A DNA stretch of 64,000 nt from an uncultured Candidatus Rokubacteria bacterium (GTDB lineage: Bacteria; Methylomirabilota; Methylomirabilia; Rokubacteriales; DASRDR01), in NCBI GenBank assembly GCA_963708025.1, contig CAVPSB010000012.1, positions 224,001 through 288,000 of the forward strand. Direction: 5' to 3'. A program made the translations under genes and the position numbers. Below the pieces are notes generated by a model. That model was given only the letters and a program-made list of their open reading frames with translations. It ran no database searches and was not told where the DNA came from. Shown here one piece after another: positions 60,537-64,000 of the stretch. How positions within the stretch are numbered: position 1 is the stretch's first letter; each line of letters starts with the position of its first letter.

Positions 60537-61550
60537 TCACGCTTCCGATCCTCGCACGTCGTAGAGGTGGCAGGCCACGAGCCGGCCGCTCTCGGTCCGG
60601 AGCCGCGGCTCCGCGCTCGCGCAGCGGTCCATGGCGTGGGGGCAGCGCGGGTGGAACCGGCAGCCGCTCGGGGGATCGAGGGCGCTCGGCACCTCGCCCG
60701 CGAGGACCGTCGTCTCGCCTGGCCCGTCCCCCCCGTCCCCCCAGTCCCCATCGATGGGCAGGGCTGCCGCGAAGAGCGCCTGCGTGTAAGGGTGCCGGGG
60801 TTGGAGCGCCACCGCCGTCGCCTCGCCCCACTCCACGATGCGGCCCAGATACATCACCGCGATGGTGTGGCTCATGTGGGCGACGGCGGCCAGGTCGTGG
60901 GCGATGAACAGGTAGGACACCCCCAGCCGCTGCTGGAGGTCGCGCAGGAGGTTCAGGATCTGGGCCCGGATGGAGACGTCGAGGGCGGAGACCGGCTCGT
61001 CGAGCACGACGAGCCGCGGCGACAGGGCGAGCGCCCGGGCGATGGCGATGCGCTGGCGCTGACCGCCGGAGAACTCGTGGGGGAAGAGGTCCCCCGACCG
61101 CGCGGGCAGGCCGACCAGCTCGAGCAGCTCCTGCACGCGCCGGCGGCGCCCGGCCGCCCCCAGGCCCCGCTCGTTGATGACCAGGGGCTCGGCGATGGTG
61201 TCGCGGACGCGCATCCGGGGATCGAGCGAGGCGTAGGGGTCCTGGAAGACGGCCTGGACCGCGCGCCGGTAGCCACGCAGCCGTTCGCGGTCGAGCGCCA
61301 GCACGTCCGCCCCCGCGAAGCGGATGGCGCCGGCGGTCGGCCGCTCCAGGCCCAAGATGAGCCGGGAGGTCGTGGTCTTGCCGCACCCCGACTCGCCGAC
61401 CAGCCCGAGCGTGGTCCCCGGCTCGATGCGGAACGACACCGCATCCACGGCGCGCACCACGCCCATCACCCGGCCCAGCACGCCCCGCCGCACCGGGAAG
61501 TGCTTGGTGAGTCCCTCGACCTCGAGAAGGGGCGTCCCGGCCGGGGTCAC
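60537..61550 (-). CDS. Peptide ABC ATP-binding protein (DppF/OppF-like)
   Basis: [32 protein letters not shown]. Confidence 0.94.
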   Translation of the reverse strand: MTPAGTPLLEVEGLTKHFPVRRGVLGRVMGVVRAVDAVSFRIEPGTTLGLVGESGCGKTTTSRLILGLERPTAGAIRFAGADVLALDRERLRGYRRAVQAVFQDPYASLDPRMRVRDTIAEPLVINERGLGAAGRRRRVQELLELVGLPARSGDLFPHEFSGGQRQRIAIARALALSPRLVVLDEPVSALDVSIRAQILNLLRDLQQRLGVSYLFIAHDLAAVAHMSHTIAVMYLGRIVEWGEATAVALQPRHPYTQALFAAALPIDGDWGDGGDGPGETTVLAGEVPSALDPPSGCRFHPRCPHAMDRCASAEPRLRTESGRLVACHLYDVRGSEA

Positions 61551-61608
61551 TGCTCAACCTCGGCACGGGAGACGACCGACACACCGACCATGGCACCGGG
61601 CCGAGACC

Positions 61609-61677
61609 CGAGCAGCGCTAGGACGCAGGGAGTCGCCGACCGCAGGCGTACTCCGAGTACGCCGAGGATCGGCGACG
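61609..61677 (-). repeat. 69-nt palindromic repeat, copy 2
   Basis: Reverse complement identical to 31458-31526. Confidence 0.92.
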
Positions 61678-61727
61678 CCAGGCGAGCCGAGGACGACGGG
61701 ATGCGACGGGTATCGGCCCGGTGCGGG

Positions 61728-62702
<975 letters not shown>

Positions 62703-62777
62703 GGGCGGCCCTCGTCAGGATCCGCTTTCCACTCGGAAGGAGCGCCCGGCCCGGGCGGATGACCCCATCGGCACCAC

Positions 62778-63752
62778 CTACTGGATGATCTCGTCCGCTT
62801 GCGGCAGAAAGGACTGCGGGATCGTGAGCCCCAGTGCTTTCGCTGCTTTCAGGTTGACCACCAGCTGGAACTTCGTCGGCTGCTCGACGGGGAGGTCGGC
62901 CGGCTTCGCGCCCTTGAGAATCTTGTCCACGTAGTACCCCAGGCGCCGGTACATGTGCTCGATGCTGGTTCCGTAGCTCATCAGGCCGCCGAGGTCGACG
63001 AACTCCCGCCACTCGTAGATCGCCGGCATGCGGTGTCGCGCGGCGAGGTTGACGATCTTGTCGCGCTGCTCGAAGAACATCGGATCCGACAAGACGTCGA
63101 GCGCCTCGGCGCGTTCTTGGCTCATGAGGGAGAACGCGTCGTCGAGCCCGCGGGGTTCTCGGACTTCGCACGGTCAGGAGTCGCAACCCTAACGACGGCG
63201 CCACGTCCCTCGTGTCCTTCAGCTGCCGCTCGTTACCTGGACGCGCCGGATTCGAGAGGACGGCCACGCGGGTGATGGTGGGTACGGCCTCCTTCAGAAG
63301 CGCGAGTCGCTTCCCGCTCAAGTCACTGCTCAGGAGGTTGACCCCGGTGAGATTCCCACCGGGCCGGGCCAGGCTGGTGACCAACCCGGCCGCCACGGGA
63401 TCGGCCGCCGTGAAGACGATCGGGATCGTGCCGGTCGCGGACCTGGCCGCGAGCGCGGTGGCCGATCCCCCCGTTGCCACGATCAGGTCAACGGGGAGAC
63501 GCACCAGTTCGGCCGCCAGGTCGCGGAGCCGATCCGGCCTGAAGCCCGCCCACCGGTACTCGACCGTGATGTTCGCGCCCTCGACGTAGCCGAGCTCGCG
63601 GAGACCCTGTCGAAACGCCTCCTCGACGGCCGACGGCCCGGCTCGCTGGGAGAGGTACCCGATCCGCGCGATCTTCCCGGCGGGCTGCGCCCGGCGGCGA
63701 GCGGCGTCAGCAGCGGGGCCAGCGAAGCGAGGAAGTCGCGCCGCGAGATCAC
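62778..63752 (-). CDS. ABC_sub_bind (Trp/Tyr-type) substrate-binding protein, with frameshifts
   Basis: SRRDFL Tat-like signal, TIPIVF, SLARPGGNLTG, GGLMSYG, KILKGAKPADLPVEQPTKF.LVVNLK. Confidence 0.88.
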
Positions 63753-63768
63753 TGGATGCCCGGCTGGG

Positions 63769-64000
63769 TCAGAGCTGTCGGAGCTTCGGGTCGAGCGTGT
63801 CGCGCAGCCAGTCGCCGAGGAGGTTGAACGCCAGGACCACCAGGAGGATGGCCAGCCCGGGGAAGGAGGACACCCACCACGCGCTCGTGACGAACTCGCG
63901 GCCCTCGGCGATCATGGAGCCCCAGGCCGGCGTCGGCGGCGGGATGCCGGCGCCCAGGAAGGAGAGCGACGCCTCCACGATGATGACGTAGCCGATCTGG
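63769..64000 (-). CDS. Peptide ABC permease (DppC-like), 3' part
   Basis: [27 protein letters not shown]. Confidence 0.92.
   Translation of the reverse strand, partial: QIGYVIIVEASLSFLGAGIPPPTPAWGSMIAEGREFVTSAWWVSSFPGLAILLVVLAFNLLGDWLRDTLDPKLRQL

Overview
Very GC-rich bacterial DNA. The gene repertoire (two hydantoinase/oxoprolinase A+B pairs, several ABC importers, a sigma54-activator/STAND/TPR fusion, an ABC_sub_bind protein, DUF222-HNH) suggests a Rokubacteria-like (Methylomirabilota) soil organism; this is inference only. Single-base frameshifts occur even in gltB and gltD, so the assembly probably carries long-read indel errors. Left to right: a tetraheme cytochrome c; a scar region (TolC and IS91 fragments) next to a lower-GC orphan NRPS (A-T-C-A-T) bounded by a tRNA 3'-end fragment; a trypsin-protease/non-specific-endonuclease fusion; threonine synthase; an envelope-modification cluster (SGNH, Asp/Asn hydroxylase, GT2, WecD, WecE, GT-C); two hydantoinase+ABC operons; DUF4238, AI-2E, HicB-like+HTH; the sigma54/STAND fusion; a decayed integrase-less integron cassette array (two attC sites, two BrnT/BrnA modules, GIY-YIG); truncated haemoglobin; methyltransferase; gltBD with divergent LysR; VOC; DUF222-HNH; a CADD-like diiron oxidase/Rieske/GlcG operon; a PQQ sugar dehydrogenase; peptide ABC genes. 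The most unusual non-coding signals are a modular intergenic repeat family that abuts start codons and hosts a nested ~21-nt GGCC-GAA-GGCC hairpin module (7 copies), and two displaced, largely synonymously diverged copies of gene 3' ends. No complete rRNA, tRNA or CRISPR array was seen.
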